This document shows positions 53,794 through 64,000 of a stretch of DNA of 64,000 nt, in pieces; within the stretch, counting starts at the first letter, position 1, and the number at the start of each line of letters is the position of its first letter. This DNA comes from a virus. Made by a program: the position numbers and the translations under genes. The DNA is taken from positions 13,880 to 77,879 of the IMG/VR virus record IMGVR_UViG_3300030102_007485. One strand, given 5' to 3'. The notes below the pieces were generated by a model. It did not search any database. It saw only the letters and a list, made by a program, of their open reading frames with translations, and was not told where the DNA came from.

Positions 53794-56700
53794 GTTTAAA
53801 GAAATTTTTTGAAGATAAAGACAGAAAAATCATCAAGTTGGTTGATTACAAGGCATCTGAAGAACTGCTTGAAGAGCAGTCTTACACGCATGACTTTATT
53901 GTCTCTAAAGAACTGACGTTAAGAAGGTTCGTACCAAGAGTAGATTACTCTGACCCCAAAAACTTTGCTTTTTTTGGCAACGCCGAAAGGTACTATGAAG
54001 ATTCGATAAAAAGAATCTATGACACTTATCCTTATGACGACTCTCCGCAAGAAAAAGAACAATGGTTCTTAAGTTCTTCGTATCTTGATTTGCATGTTTT
54101 TAGGAATGATTACCCAAGTACGACAGGTTATATAGAATTTGCCCCTTTGGGATGGGGATCCCAATCTTCGGTATCTGCAAGTTACGGAAATCCAGCATTC
54201 AAAGAGTATATATATGTTAAGGGTGGACCAAACAAGAACAACGAGTACAAACCTGATAAAAACAAAGAGTCGAATCTAAAACTAGACGCCTCAAGGGGTA
54301 ATACTGTTGAGTTTTTCCTAAAAAAGAAAGAGTTTGTCCCATCTTTGACCAAAAAAGAGGTAATCTTCGACTGCGCAACAAATGATTCAGATATTTCGGC
54401 GTTTGGGTCGTCATATGGAAGGTTTAGGGTTGAATTAGACAGTCAGGCAACTGGCAGTCCGTTTCTTGTGACTTATTCTTCAGGATCCAGAGGTGCATCT
54501 GATGTAGTTCTTGGTCAATCTTTACCAAAATCAAGTGTTGCAGACGATAATTGGCATCATTATGCTGTCTCTGTTCATAATTCTGGTTCTACCTTAGAGA
54601 TTTCACTTTATGTTGATGGTGCATTGAATCATACTGTCAAGTCAGGTACTTCTTGCGCCGCAAACGATGTTAATTTTAATGCAAATATTGGCGCTCTTGT
54701 TACTGCTCCTACATCAACATCTACTGCCGCTATCGGTTGGGGCAAACTGTCTGGATCTTTAGATGAATTTAGGTTTTGGAAGGTCAAAAGAGATGGAAAG
54801 CAAATCGGGTCGAACTGGAGACATCAAGTAACTGGAGGTTCCAATTTCAAAGAAGTTACCGGCGATCTTGGAGTGTATTTTAAGTTTAACGAAGGCATCA
54901 CTGGCGATACAGAAGTGGACAAGGTGGTCTTAGATTATTCAGGGCGTGTTTCAAACGGCAACTGGCAGGGTTATTATGCAAATTGCAGAAGTACAGGTTC
55001 TGCCATCGTTGAATCTGGCGCGAACACCGAAGAATTTAAGGACCCCATTATAAGATCCAATCATCCTCTTGTGCTCTCTTTGTTGGAAGAAAAGAGAAGT
55101 GTTGGTAGAAGTCATGACATGACAAACTCTTCAGCACTATACAATACGTTTCCAAACTGGATGCAGGCAGATGACGTTGATGCGTATAAGGGTTCTGGAA
55201 AACTTGCCGAGTTAGTTCAAATTATCTCTTCCTATTTTGACGTGCTTTATTTGCAAATCAAGGTGTTACCGGGACTAAAAGACAAAGCATACAGGGATTA
55301 TCCAACCCCACAACACCTGAGCGGATCAAAACCAGCACCCTTTGCCGACAAGTTGCTTAGGTCTTCTGGGTTTATTGCACCGGAGTTATTTGTTGAGTCT
55401 AACGTTGTTGATCGAATTTTGGGACAAGATGCTAATCGATCTTATGAGCAAGACTTGACTGACATCAAGAATCTAATTTACAAGAACATATACAATAATT
55501 TAGTTAAGATTTACAAGTCAAAAGGTACAGAATCATCTTTTAGAAATCTCTTGAGATGCTTTGGTATTGACGATGAATTAATCAAGTTGAATCTCTATTC
55601 TTCGGGATATACATATAAATTTGAAGACACTTACCTCTACAAGTCAGAAAAGGTAAAGGGTATAAACTTTAATAATACGTCTTCTTTTGGCGCTACGGTG
55701 TTTCAGCAAACATCAAGTTACGGAAACACTCACTATATTTCCGGCAGCAAAAACATGTACATGCCGTACACCATTCAAACTGATGTCATAATGCCTTTGA
55801 AGTTAGTGTCCGGTCAGACAGGTTTCTTTGAAACAAACTTCTTGACTTCTTCAATTATGGGTATGCACACTCCAAAGGTCACCCCAGGAGATACAGATTG
55901 GGAGACTTCTGATCTTGCAGGATTTCAAGTTTTTGCGGTTCATCATCCAACTAGAGAGGGTGTTGCAAAGTTTATGCTCACCTCTTCGAAGGGTAATGTG
56001 CCAAAATTAAGCACTCCTTACCTTGAAGAGGTTTATGATGACAAACACTGGTCGCTTTCTGTGCGTGTGAAACCAGCACTACACCCAAGAGTTGGGTCTG
56101 TTGCTTCTTTTGCGAACGCTACAGCGACAATAACAACAACAGGAAATCCTAGTAATAACGAAGAGTTTGTCTTGACGGACGCAGACGGACGTTCAGTCAC
56201 GTACATATTTAAGACCTCTGTTGCAACGGTCGATGGGACAAAAGAAAATGGGAAGGTCATAATCGGATTGAACGGCGCATCAGGTCATGCTGCCTCTGTT
56301 GGTGATAGGATGAGGGCAGCAATCGGTGCTTCTGATCTAAATGTGACAGTGGTCGAAACTGCTGCTGGGCAGATGCGCCTGACCCAAAAGACTAAAGGTT
56401 CTAGTGGAAATACCTCAATTGATATGACTGCAGTAACAACGGTCACCTCCACAGACTTTACAGGAGGTGTAGGTCACTATACGGTAGAGTTCTCAGGATA
56501 CAATTACATTGTTGACGAATTGCAGCAAAGTTTTTCTTTGTCCGGGTCTTCCACTGTTTCAGCGCTTGGAGGATTTGCATCATCTAGGAAGTCTTTGTAT
56601 GTTGGTGCAAATCGCACAAATGCAACAGATACTGTTCAGCACTCTTCAGATATTATAGTGAACTCCGCACGAGTTTGGAAGGGTTACCTTGAAGAAGAAG

Positions 56701-59700
56701 AGTTAAAGAGTCATGCTCTGAGTTTTAACGAATATGGAAGACTAAATCCGTCCAAAAGTGCTTTCTTATTTGAGTCCGGATCAAACACGACAGAGGTAAA
56801 CCAGGCAGCGTCAATGTTGTTGCACTGGAACTTTGATCAAGTCACCGGGTCAGACGCTAATGGCGAGTTTTTTGTGGCAGATATTAGTAGGCAGTATTCG
56901 GGTTCCTTTGGCACACTCAACACTGCGCTTGATACATATCACGGCGGAACCGGTTTTGGTTTTCCAGCATCGGAACCTACCATGGTCCGCGGCATGTCTT
57001 TGGCGGTTGCAAAAGAAAACCTACCAGAAAATATCCACAATTCAAGTCTGGTTACAATAGAGACTCATGACAAGGAGAGATTGACAAGGTACACAAGACC
57101 TATAAATTATTATTTTGCTTTTGAAAAGAGCATGTATCAAACTATCTCTGAGGAGATGGTCAAGATGTTCGCAACCGTTGTTGAGTTTAACAATCTTATT
57201 GGCGAACCCGTAAACAAATACAGACCCACTTACAAGAAATTGGATCACTTGAGGTCCATGTTCTTCGCTAATGTGGATGAAGACCCAGACCTGGACAAGT
57301 ACGTGGAGTTCTATAAGTGGTTTGATGTCTCTATGGCAATGATGCTTGACGAATTGAGACCTGTGTCAATGCCAGGATCAGAAGGCATCAAGAACATGGT
57401 GGAGTCCCACATTCTTGAAAGAAGTAAATATCAGCACAGAGCACCCACGCTTGAGTTCAGAGACACCACGCCCGAGGCACATATCTTGGGTGTCAATGAG
57501 TTGTTGTACGATTGGGAGCACGGACACGCTCCAGTTGGAATGTCAAACCCTTCTGCCGCGGTCGGCACTATTACGACCACAGGCAACCCTGGAAACAACG
57601 AGACGTTTACCCTAACGGATGCCGACGGACTATCTGTTACTTACGTTTTCAAAACTGGAGTTGCGACTGTTGATGGAAGTAAAGATGGGGATAATGTTAT
57701 TATTGGAGTGAACGGTGCCACTGGTCACGCTCCTTCTGTTGGTGACCGTATGCGTGCAGCAATTACAGCATCTAGTTTGAATGTGACAGTGGTTGAGACT
57801 GCCGGCGGCGCGATGTCCTTGACACAAAACACAAAAGGTGCCAAAGGTAACACAAACATAGACATGTCGGGAGTTACAACTGTGACTGCCACCAATTTTA
57901 CTGGGGGTACTGGCACACTAGAGCAAGATAATTGTCTTTGGTGGAAGGATAGGGCACAAAGAGACGAATTGTTGTCTGTTTCATCAAAAGTAGACTCTGA
58001 CAGGGAGACAATAAAGACTAGAGCAAATACAGTTGTATCTGGATCAACCTACGTTATTAGAAAACTTTCCAGACCATATAGGTTTACAATGGAGAAAAAC
58101 AACCTAATTGATCCAGGTTCAAACGTTGCAACAAACAAAATAAACAATATGCATCAGGGTATTATAAAGTTTGGATCAACAACTGATGCAATTGAGTTGG
58201 CAGCAGCGGACTTAGAAGAGCAGGTTGTTTGTAATGATGTGTTTGTACCAAACCAAAAAGAAAGATTGCACGGGAAGATGGACACGTTAGGGACAGATGG
58301 ATACCTGGATGCAGATTCAGACCTGATCGCTCCATTTAGTTTGTACTCTTCTTCCGTGGGCGACAACGCGCTTTCCACTTTTAAGTCGGGCGTCGCTTTG
58401 ACAAATAACCATGGAGACTCTTATCACATAGATGGGCAGATCCCATTACAAGGTTTGTTTACTGCCCAACATGTTGGTGGAAAGGTGCATCGAGACGTTG
58501 AGGTTACGGTGTCTTCTCCTGAACTTCGACCCGAAGCATACGCCCTTGAGGTAACTGCTGGCAAGATAAAAATTGTTCATCAACCAACGAACAGACCTCG
58601 GTCTATGTTCTACAGAAATGAAATGATCAGACGCCCAGTAAATATTCGCAATATTCGGACAACAACGGGGTCTTACAAGGTCGGAAATTATCAAGAGGTA
58701 TACGAGTATGCGTTGACCAACGGAAGGCGCGAGAACAACAATGACTTCGCTCAAAACGATGGTTACACTGGGTCCTTATACAGTTCTGTCGCTGCTATTG
58801 CAACAGGGTTGCTGGACCAACCAAAACCAAATAGAAATAAAAACACTCATGTCATCGTTAATAGGTTTTCTGCACCAGGTGGTACTGAGGTCATGGGTGA
58901 TTCTAACGGTGGTCCGAACTTAGATTTTGCAGCAGCGGAATATTCAGTTTACAATAGCATGAACCACCGGAACTCTCTGGTTAGAGAAGTAAAAAATGAC
59001 CTAGAGGCAGAATACTCAGAAAGATTTGGACTCAGGAGTGGATCCGCACCAGTTGCGACCTCATACGAGATTGTTTCAGGATCTCAAAGGGGTTTTGCTT
59101 CTGTGCACATGACAAACAGAAATGAGTTGACTAAGTATGTTGTTGCTTCAACGTCAAACTATAACACCAAGGCAATATTGTTTGATGGTACAAACGATTT
59201 TCTAGAAATTGATGAAACTAGGGCGATATACAAAAACAATCAAAGTTTTTCGGTCTTCGCATGGATAAAGCATGGCACTGTGGATGTGTCATTTCAGCAC
59301 ACTATTTGGTCACATCATGATACTAGTGGAGCAAACAGGAATATTTTTGGAATAAAGGGTACTAGCACCAATAACGGAGTGACTCCTGGGACGTTGTTTT
59401 TCTATCAAGAAGGTCATTCGTGGCAATCACTGTCATCTGTAAGGATTGACGACAACCAGTGGCATCATGTTGGTTTCGTGTACGAAGGAGTCTCTAACAC
59501 GGTTAGACTGTATGTGGACGGCAAAGCACAACTTGGTGCAATCAGCATTTCAAACATTGCCGATCAGACAAATGATTCTAGTGATAAAGTTTCGATAGGT
59601 CAGGAATTTGACGGCGGGACGCCATCGGACTTTTTTAAGGGGTACATGACAGATGTCTCAATCTGGAGCAAACCACTTATCAACAATGAGGTGCATGAAA

Positions 59701-62700
59701 TATACACAGATGGCGAGTACGTTGGACCTCACGACCTAAATTCACACACAGCGACCTCGCATCTTGCAGCATGGTATCGAATGGGTGATGGCGACAACGG
59801 AAGCGGCACTGCGGATGCCTATAACGGTAGTATACATGATATGAGTGCAAACTCTTTTCACGCTGTGCCAACAAACCTTGCAGCATCCGCAATACAAACT
59901 GTGTCATCTGAACTTCCTGGGACCTTTAGTGTCTACGAGAGAAGGCAGCAGAGAGACAACGCTTTTGTTCAGCATCCAATTCCAAGAAATGATTTGCAGT
60001 ATAGTTGGATCGCCGCGAAGACAACTGATACAAGAGAGACGTTCCCTGGGTACAAGCATGATTTCACTATACCCGTTGGAATTGACACAGCAAGACAAAG
60101 AGAGATTGCAATCCTACAATCTTCAGCAGGAACATACTCTGATTTTGTTGGACTTCATTACACGTCGTCCGCTCCAACTATAATAAACTCATCTATCAAT
60201 ACTGGTAGCAATACGTTTTCTTATGATTTTGGAACTCTTGCTGACCGGCATCATTTGAGATCCTTTATCGCTAAAAGATCTCCATATGCCTGGAATTCCT
60301 GGAAGCAACTTCGTGGTGGCGACCATCCAATAGCAAAATATTATAGAAGTCAAAATATTATCTCCATCCACTTGAGGGACGGAGAACCTAATTCATCTCC
60401 TTTTATGGAATATGAGAGACCGCATGGTATAAATGAAAACAGAACAGTAACAAAGAGCAGGGTGATACAGAATTATCAAGAACCCTCTGTTACTTCACAG
60501 TACAAACCAATGGAACTCATGTTTGGGGTTATTAGTGATGCAAATTATGGTCAACTCCGAGAAGATACCCTTGGAGAAGGTGGAAAGGTTGGAACAGCGC
60601 AAAGAAGAAGAAGCAGGGTCTTCGGTGCTGAAAGGTCTGAAGTAAAGATGAAAATCTCTTACGCAAATAATCTTTGCAAATTTGCAAACAGAGACTTGAT
60701 GAACGTTCTTAAGTTGGAAGACACTGGACCAACAGATTTTGGGAATCTTTTGGAAAGCATGAGGTCAAACCTTATTGCAACCCCAAGAGGATTTAAATAT
60801 TCAGAAACAATATATCCAGCAGAAGTTAATGCGTATCAAAAGGAAACCAGACTTAGAACTGCTTTTGTTAGTCACGAATGGAGAGACACTAGACTTGCAA
60901 GGTTTGAAATGTTGACAAGAAGTGTCACAGAGAGGTCTTACAATTACGATTCTTGGTATACAAACACTATAGAAGCAAACACAAAAACAAACTCTCAGAA
61001 TGTTGCAATTCTAGATTCAAATAATGCCGGTTCTTTGAATTACCATCTGAGTCAAAGCATGTGGGCACTTGACGCCCGTAGTAATTTCGCTGCCATTCCT
61101 GAAAAGTTGTTATCAAGCAACCTGACTTGGTCCAGCAATGCACAGAGAGACGCTTATAAACTTCAATTTGTTACAAACCTTAAGGATTCTGGGGAGTTGC
61201 AAAATGGATACAGTATTTTCCATCAGTATGGTGCAACTCAAGGAAGGTACGACCTTTTGACCGCTGCATTGTATAATCGCAGAATTCCTCAAACGGTAGG
61301 GTCCAGCACTTATTTGGCAGGCGAAGCAAAATGGGAGGCAGGAGACCAAGCAGGCAAGTACCCTTTTGAGAAAGACTACAACACATGGGCAGAAGAGTTA
61401 AGGACTGTTCCAGATTTCTCTCTTATTCCAGAGTTTAGAATTTCGGAACATATTCCAAATTACTTAGAAAATGGAAACACTAGAGATCCAATTGAGACTT
61501 TTCTGGAATTAACCGGATCATCTTTGGACAGCAGTAAAGGTACTTTTTTCAAAACATATTCTAATACTGATTTTATGAAGTACTTTACAGTAGTTAAAGA
61601 CTCCTTGAGCAGTGGAAGTTTGGACAAAGAACCTTCTTCATTGTTTTTGAAGTGTTCCGCAATGCTTAAGATGCTTCCTTACGAAGGTTTTTACCCAGCA
61701 ACAAGAACTTTGAAAATAGCAGAACTCTTTCAAGAAGGTTACACAGACAACAACTTTGATCTCTCAACTATTGTTCCTGCTCCAACTAATGTTAATAAGC
61801 AGTTTTATAGCAGAGTTGCTAATACAAATGTCAGAACAAATATGCATCTTGCAACAAAGGCGTTATATGCTCCAGGGGTTTTGTATAATTCAATAAAATC
61901 TGGTGTTGCTGTTGATTATCCAATTTTTAAAAATGAAGGAATAGGCAAGTGGAGTTTGCAAACTTTCACCAGTTTTCCGCTCTTCTCCATATTAACCGTG
62001 ACTTCAGATAATGCCTCTGGGTCATTAAAGAACTTGTACACAGGATACGGAACTTCTATAACAGGAAGTTATTTAAATGGCACGCAAGACCAGTCGATAC
62101 CAAGAATTAAAGGTTCGGTCTCAAAGAGGGTTAGTTTTGAGGAAATGATTGACCCATCAGTATTGGAGGGGGTGATTTTGTACGATAACGAACCACACCC
62201 TTCTGCTTCATACGGAAGTTTTGCTTTTGGGAATCCTGACAGAACCACTTCACTAGACGCATTCCCTCGTTATGGACTCATGTTTGCTCAATCTGAATCG
62301 GACGCAACTGGTTCTGCTTGGCAAGCAGATATCCCTACTGCACGAGCAGGTGATACAACAGAGTATTCTTTGGCAATGAGTAATTTTGCTGCTGAAGTTC
62401 CAAACTTTTTCTTAAAAGATAACTCTCTTACAACTATCTTATCTGAACCTGGACCGTTTTCTTTTAACAAGTCAGAAATTGGTAAAACCTTTAAGATGAG
62501 ACTCACGTTCAAGAACAACTCTACATTGATGTATGACAATGTTTCTGCTTTTGGACCTCCTGTTGATAATAGTACTGGTGCAGGCGCAGGTGGGGATTAT
62601 GATTTTGATCCATATGTACCAGCATTTTTAAGAAAAAACGCGGACCCATTCGTGGAGTTTGTTTTTACTCCGACCAAGAGAGAGTATGCTATAGATGAAA

Positions 62701-63917
62701 TGCAGGGTGAGGTTACGGCAAGTTTTGGTTTGGGAAATACGACAAGATCTGTAAGATACAGTACAAATCTACAAGCTCAAATGACATTATCCAGTTCTTT
62801 GAATCTTTTCGGAACGCTCAAGGAACCTGCGGTCACTCTAGACAGAGATGGCAATCCATTGCAAGTAGAGGAGCGTGCTACAGACCGATTTAGGTGGATG
62901 ATCCAGACCAAGTGGGAATGTCCTGTTTTAGACTTTTCAACTTCTGATATTACCTTGTTCGACGTCACGGGCAGCAAAGAAGTGAAATTGACAGAGGAAT
63001 ACTCAAGTACTCCCGGTGCTTTAGGGACTCCATGGTCTACAACCAACAAAATAGGTAAGAAAAGTTCTTTTATGACAGGTTCAAGAGGTATGTGGCATCA
63101 GTATGGACAACTACCCGCTAAGGAAAAGGGTTATCAAATTGTGCTGTCAGACGTAAACGACCTTAGCGAATCCCTTGCATCAAAGATTGGATTCCCAGTT
63201 GGAACACCATTTCAGGTTGGTCAGGTTGCTGACGGAAAGGAGATTGGAGAGGCAATCGTAGCGGTGCCTTATTATGTAGAGTCAGGAGATTTAAACTTTT
63301 TTGATCTAGATGTTGAAGACATGAGAGAAGTTCTTGGAGAGTTTGATGCTCTGCGCGGAGAGATTGCCCTTACTCCTGGAGTAAATCCAGCAGTTAGGCA
63401 CCAGATAGAAATGATGCAGAAGTACATTTTCCCACCTCAGATGGATTTTGTAAAATATCGTGACAAAAGTCCAATTGCTATGTATGTTTTTGAGTTTACT
63501 CATGATTTGAGCAAGCAAGATCTTGTAGACTTGTGGCAAAATCTGCCTCCTAAAATTGGACAACATGCAGAGGGCACACAACAAAAGGTTGTCGGTCATC
63601 GTTTAGTCAAGAATGGACAAGTCAAGGATCCACTCAACGGAAGCATGGCAAACAAACTTCAATGGATGGTGTTCAAGGTTAAGCGCAAGGCAGAAAAGAA
63701 TTACTTTAAGAAACTTGATGATTCTGCTTTCCAAAAGTCAGGAAAATCAGGCAATGTTTTGCGAGAAGGGAAGAGTCTTGCTCTGATCGATACTTTGGAT
63801 CAAAAATTTAGTAAAACTGACGGATATTCATACAACTGGCCATATGATTACTTTTCACTAGTAGAACTAATTAAATTGGATGCAGAAGTGGTCTTCAGAG
63901 ATGATGAGGGCAACTAG
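53790..63917 (+). CDS. Giant (3375 aa) baseplate wedge gp7-like/tail protein with LamG domains
   Basis: YKSKGTESSFRNLLRCFG; DNWHHYAV..LYVDG..LDEFRFW; DNQWHHVG..LYVDG..DVSIW. Confidence 0.8.
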   Translation: MSLKKFFEDKDRKIIKLVDYKASEELLEEQSYTHDFIVSKELTLRRFVPRVDYSDPKNFAFFGNAERYYEDSIKRIYDTYPYDDSPQEKEQWFLSSSYLDLHVFRNDYPSTTGYIEFAPLGWGSQSSVSASYGNPAFKEYIYVKGGPNKNNEYKPDKNKESNLKLDASRGNTVEFFLKKKEFVPSLTKKEVIFDCATNDSDISAFGSSYGRFRVELDSQATGSPFLVTYSSGSRGASDVVLGQSLPKSSVADDNWHHYAVSVHNSGSTLEISLYVDGALNHTVKSGTSCAANDVNFNANIGALVTAPTSTSTAAIGWGKLSGSLDEFRFWKVKRDGKQIGSNWRHQVTGGSNFKEVTGDLGVYFKFNEGITGDTEVDKVVLDYSGRVSNGNWQGYYANCRSTGSAIVESGANTEEFKDPIIRSNHPLVLSLLEEKRSVGRSHDMTNSSALYNTFPNWMQADDVDAYKGSGKLAELVQIISSYFDVLYLQIKVLPGLKDKAYRDYPTPQHLSGSKPAPFADKLLRSSGFIAPELFVESNVVDRILGQDANRSYEQDLTDIKNLIYKNIYNNLVKIYKSKGTESSFRNLLRCFGIDDELIKLNLYSSGYTYKFEDTYLYKSEKVKGINFNNTSSFGATVFQQTSSYGNTHYISGSKNMYMPYTIQTDVIMPLKLVSGQTGFFETNFLTSSIMGMHTPKVTPGDTDWETSDLAGFQVFAVHHPTREGVAKFMLTSSKGNVPKLSTPYLEEVYDDKHWSLSVRVKPALHPRVGSVASFANATATITTTGNPSNNEEFVLTDADGRSVTYIFKTSVATVDGTKENGKVIIGLNGASGHAASVGDRMRAAIGASDLNVTVVETAAGQMRLTQKTKGSSGNTSIDMTAVTTVTSTDFTGGVGHYTVEFSGYNYIVDELQQSFSLSGSSTVSALGGFASSRKSLYVGANRTNATDTVQHSSDIIVNSARVWKGYLEEEELKSHALSFNEYGRLNPSKSAFLFESGSNTTEVNQAASMLLHWNFDQVTGSDANGEFFVADISRQYSGSFGTLNTALDTYHGGTGFGFPASEPTMVRGMSLAVAKENLPENIHNSSLVTIETHDKERLTRYTRPINYYFAFEKSMYQTISEEMVKMFATVVEFNNLIGEPVNKYRPTYKKLDHLRSMFFANVDEDPDLDKYVEFYKWFDVSMAMMLDELRPVSMPGSEGIKNMVESHILERSKYQHRAPTLEFRDTTPEAHILGVNELLYDWEHGHAPVGMSNPSAAVGTITTTGNPGNNETFTLTDADGLSVTYVFKTGVATVDGSKDGDNVIIGVNGATGHAPSVGDRMRAAITASSLNVTVVETAGGAMSLTQNTKGAKGNTNIDMSGVTTVTATNFTGGTGTLEQDNCLWWKDRAQRDELLSVSSKVDSDRETIKTRANTVVSGSTYVIRKLSRPYRFTMEKNNLIDPGSNVATNKINNMHQGIIKFGSTTDAIELAAADLEEQVVCNDVFVPNQKERLHGKMDTLGTDGYLDADSDLIAPFSLYSSSVGDNALSTFKSGVALTNNHGDSYHIDGQIPLQGLFTAQHVGGKVHRDVEVTVSSPELRPEAYALEVTAGKIKIVHQPTNRPRSMFYRNEMIRRPVNIRNIRTTTGSYKVGNYQEVYEYALTNGRRENNNDFAQNDGYTGSLYSSVAAIATGLLDQPKPNRNKNTHVIVNRFSAPGGTEVMGDSNGGPNLDFAAAEYSVYNSMNHRNSLVREVKNDLEAEYSERFGLRSGSAPVATSYEIVSGSQRGFASVHMTNRNELTKYVVASTSNYNTKAILFDGTNDFLEIDETRAIYKNNQSFSVFAWIKHGTVDVSFQHTIWSHHDTSGANRNIFGIKGTSTNNGVTPGTLFFYQEGHSWQSLSSVRIDDNQWHHVGFVYEGVSNTVRLYVDGKAQLGAISISNIADQTNDSSDKVSIGQEFDGGTPSDFFKGYMTDVSIWSKPLINNEVHEIYTDGEYVGPHDLNSHTATSHLAAWYRMGDGDNGSGTADAYNGSIHDMSANSFHAVPTNLAASAIQTVSSELPGTFSVYERRQQRDNAFVQHPIPRNDLQYSWIAAKTTDTRETFPGYKHDFTIPVGIDTARQREIAILQSSAGTYSDFVGLHYTSSAPTIINSSINTGSNTFSYDFGTLADRHHLRSFIAKRSPYAWNSWKQLRGGDHPIAKYYRSQNIISIHLRDGEPNSSPFMEYERPHGINENRTVTKSRVIQNYQEPSVTSQYKPMELMFGVISDANYGQLREDTLGEGGKVGTAQRRRSRVFGAERSEVKMKISYANNLCKFANRDLMNVLKLEDTGPTDFGNLLESMRSNLIATPRGFKYSETIYPAEVNAYQKETRLRTAFVSHEWRDTRLARFEMLTRSVTERSYNYDSWYTNTIEANTKTNSQNVAILDSNNAGSLNYHLSQSMWALDARSNFAAIPEKLLSSNLTWSSNAQRDAYKLQFVTNLKDSGELQNGYSIFHQYGATQGRYDLLTAALYNRRIPQTVGSSTYLAGEAKWEAGDQAGKYPFEKDYNTWAEELRTVPDFSLIPEFRISEHIPNYLENGNTRDPIETFLELTGSSLDSSKGTFFKTYSNTDFMKYFTVVKDSLSSGSLDKEPSSLFLKCSAMLKMLPYEGFYPATRTLKIAELFQEGYTDNNFDLSTIVPAPTNVNKQFYSRVANTNVRTNMHLATKALYAPGVLYNSIKSGVAVDYPIFKNEGIGKWSLQTFTSFPLFSILTVTSDNASGSLKNLYTGYGTSITGSYLNGTQDQSIPRIKGSVSKRVSFEEMIDPSVLEGVILYDNEPHPSASYGSFAFGNPDRTTSLDAFPRYGLMFAQSESDATGSAWQADIPTARAGDTTEYSLAMSNFAAEVPNFFLKDNSLTTILSEPGPFSFNKSEIGKTFKMRLTFKNNSTLMYDNVSAFGPPVDNSTGAGAGGDYDFDPYVPAFLRKNADPFVEFVFTPTKREYAIDEMQGEVTASFGLGNTTRSVRYSTNLQAQMTLSSSLNLFGTLKEPAVTLDRDGNPLQVEERATDRFRWMIQTKWECPVLDFSTSDITLFDVTGSKEVKLTEEYSSTPGALGTPWSTTNKIGKKSSFMTGSRGMWHQYGQLPAKEKGYQIVLSDVNDLSESLASKIGFPVGTPFQVGQVADGKEIGEAIVAVPYYVESGDLNFFDLDVEDMREVLGEFDALRGEIALTPGVNPAVRHQIEMMQKYIFPPQMDFVKYRDKSPIAMYVFEFTHDLSKQDLVDLWQNLPPKIGQHAEGTQQKVVGHRLVKNGQVKDPLNGSMANKLQWMVFKVKRKAEKNYFKKLDDSAFQKSGKSGNVLREGKSLALIDTLDQKFSKTDGYSYNWPYDYFSLVELIKLDAEVVFRDDEGN
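56118..56474 (+). repeat. ~120-aa inserted module, copy B
   Basis: ATATITTTGNPSNNE...VGDRMRAAI...FTGGVG. Confidence 0.9.
57558..57914 (+). repeat. ~120-aa inserted module, copy C
   Basis: AVGTITTTGNPGNNE...VGDRMRAAI...FTGGTG. Confidence 0.9.
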
Positions 63918-63933
63918 TTTGGAATTCAATTAA

Positions 63934-64000
63934 ATGTCGTTTATTAATAAAAAAGAAGAAGTAATCAACATTCAGTTAACAAGGTTCGGCAAAGAGGCGA
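63934..64000 (+). CDS. Partial tail/baseplate protein (MSFINKKEEVINIQLTRFGKEA...), truncated by window end
   Basis: ATG 17 nt after previous stop; LTxxG motif typical of tail/baseplate N-termini. Confidence 0.6.
   Translation, partial: MSFINKKEEVINIQLTRFGKEA

Noticed and set aside
52993-57914. Diversity-generating retroelement, intein or IS explanation for the repeated module
   Set aside because: No reverse transcriptase or transposase in the window; differences between copies are not adenine-specific; no intein C/S...HN termini
37262-63917. Stop-codon recoding or introns explaining the giant ORFs
   Set aside because: ORFs are open in the standard code, and TAA, TAG and TGA all end well-defined genes

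Overview
A 64-kb, AT-rich, gene-dense segment of a large contractile-tailed (myovirus-like, probably jumbo) bacteriophage. All convincing genes but one are on the + strand, and the standard code is used. (1) ~1-16 kb holds host-takeover and auxiliary genes plus probable head-cargo genes: thermonuclease, PurA, HAD phosphomannomutase, a complete tmRNA, IscU, a lipoprotein thioredoxin, an SLT transglycosylase, ClpP, a trypsin-like protease, PIN-PhoH, a Cas4-like nuclease, a ligase-like/HxGH nucleotidyltransferase fusion, and an unannotated 22-aa, 9-Cys peptide. (2) ~16.3-32.5 kb is a ~20-gene glycan cluster: ADP-heptose enzymes, GT4- and GT9-like transferases, Gmd, Per-like and ColD-like PLP enzymes, RmlC-like epimerase, and carbamoyl-, methyl- and sulfotransferase-like proteins. 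It has no flippase or polymerase. (3) ~33-64 kb holds a gp55-like sigma factor and a baseplate/tail module: DUF2272-like hydrolase, spike, a 3907-aa protein, gp25, gp6, a DNRLRE-like protein and a 3375-aa LamG protein. Signals not explained by gene calls: near-total avoidance of RGCY except in 34.5-45.8 kb; a TA(A/T/C)TTA candidate late promoter, four times exactly 4 nt before an ATG; a ~120-aa Thr/Gly-rich module inserted repeatedly into loops of the tail proteins; and enrichment of [S/T]-G-S in the same proteins. Together these suggest a phage-encoded virion glycosylation (heptosylation) system. All calls come from reading motifs by eye; no searches were run and counts are manual.
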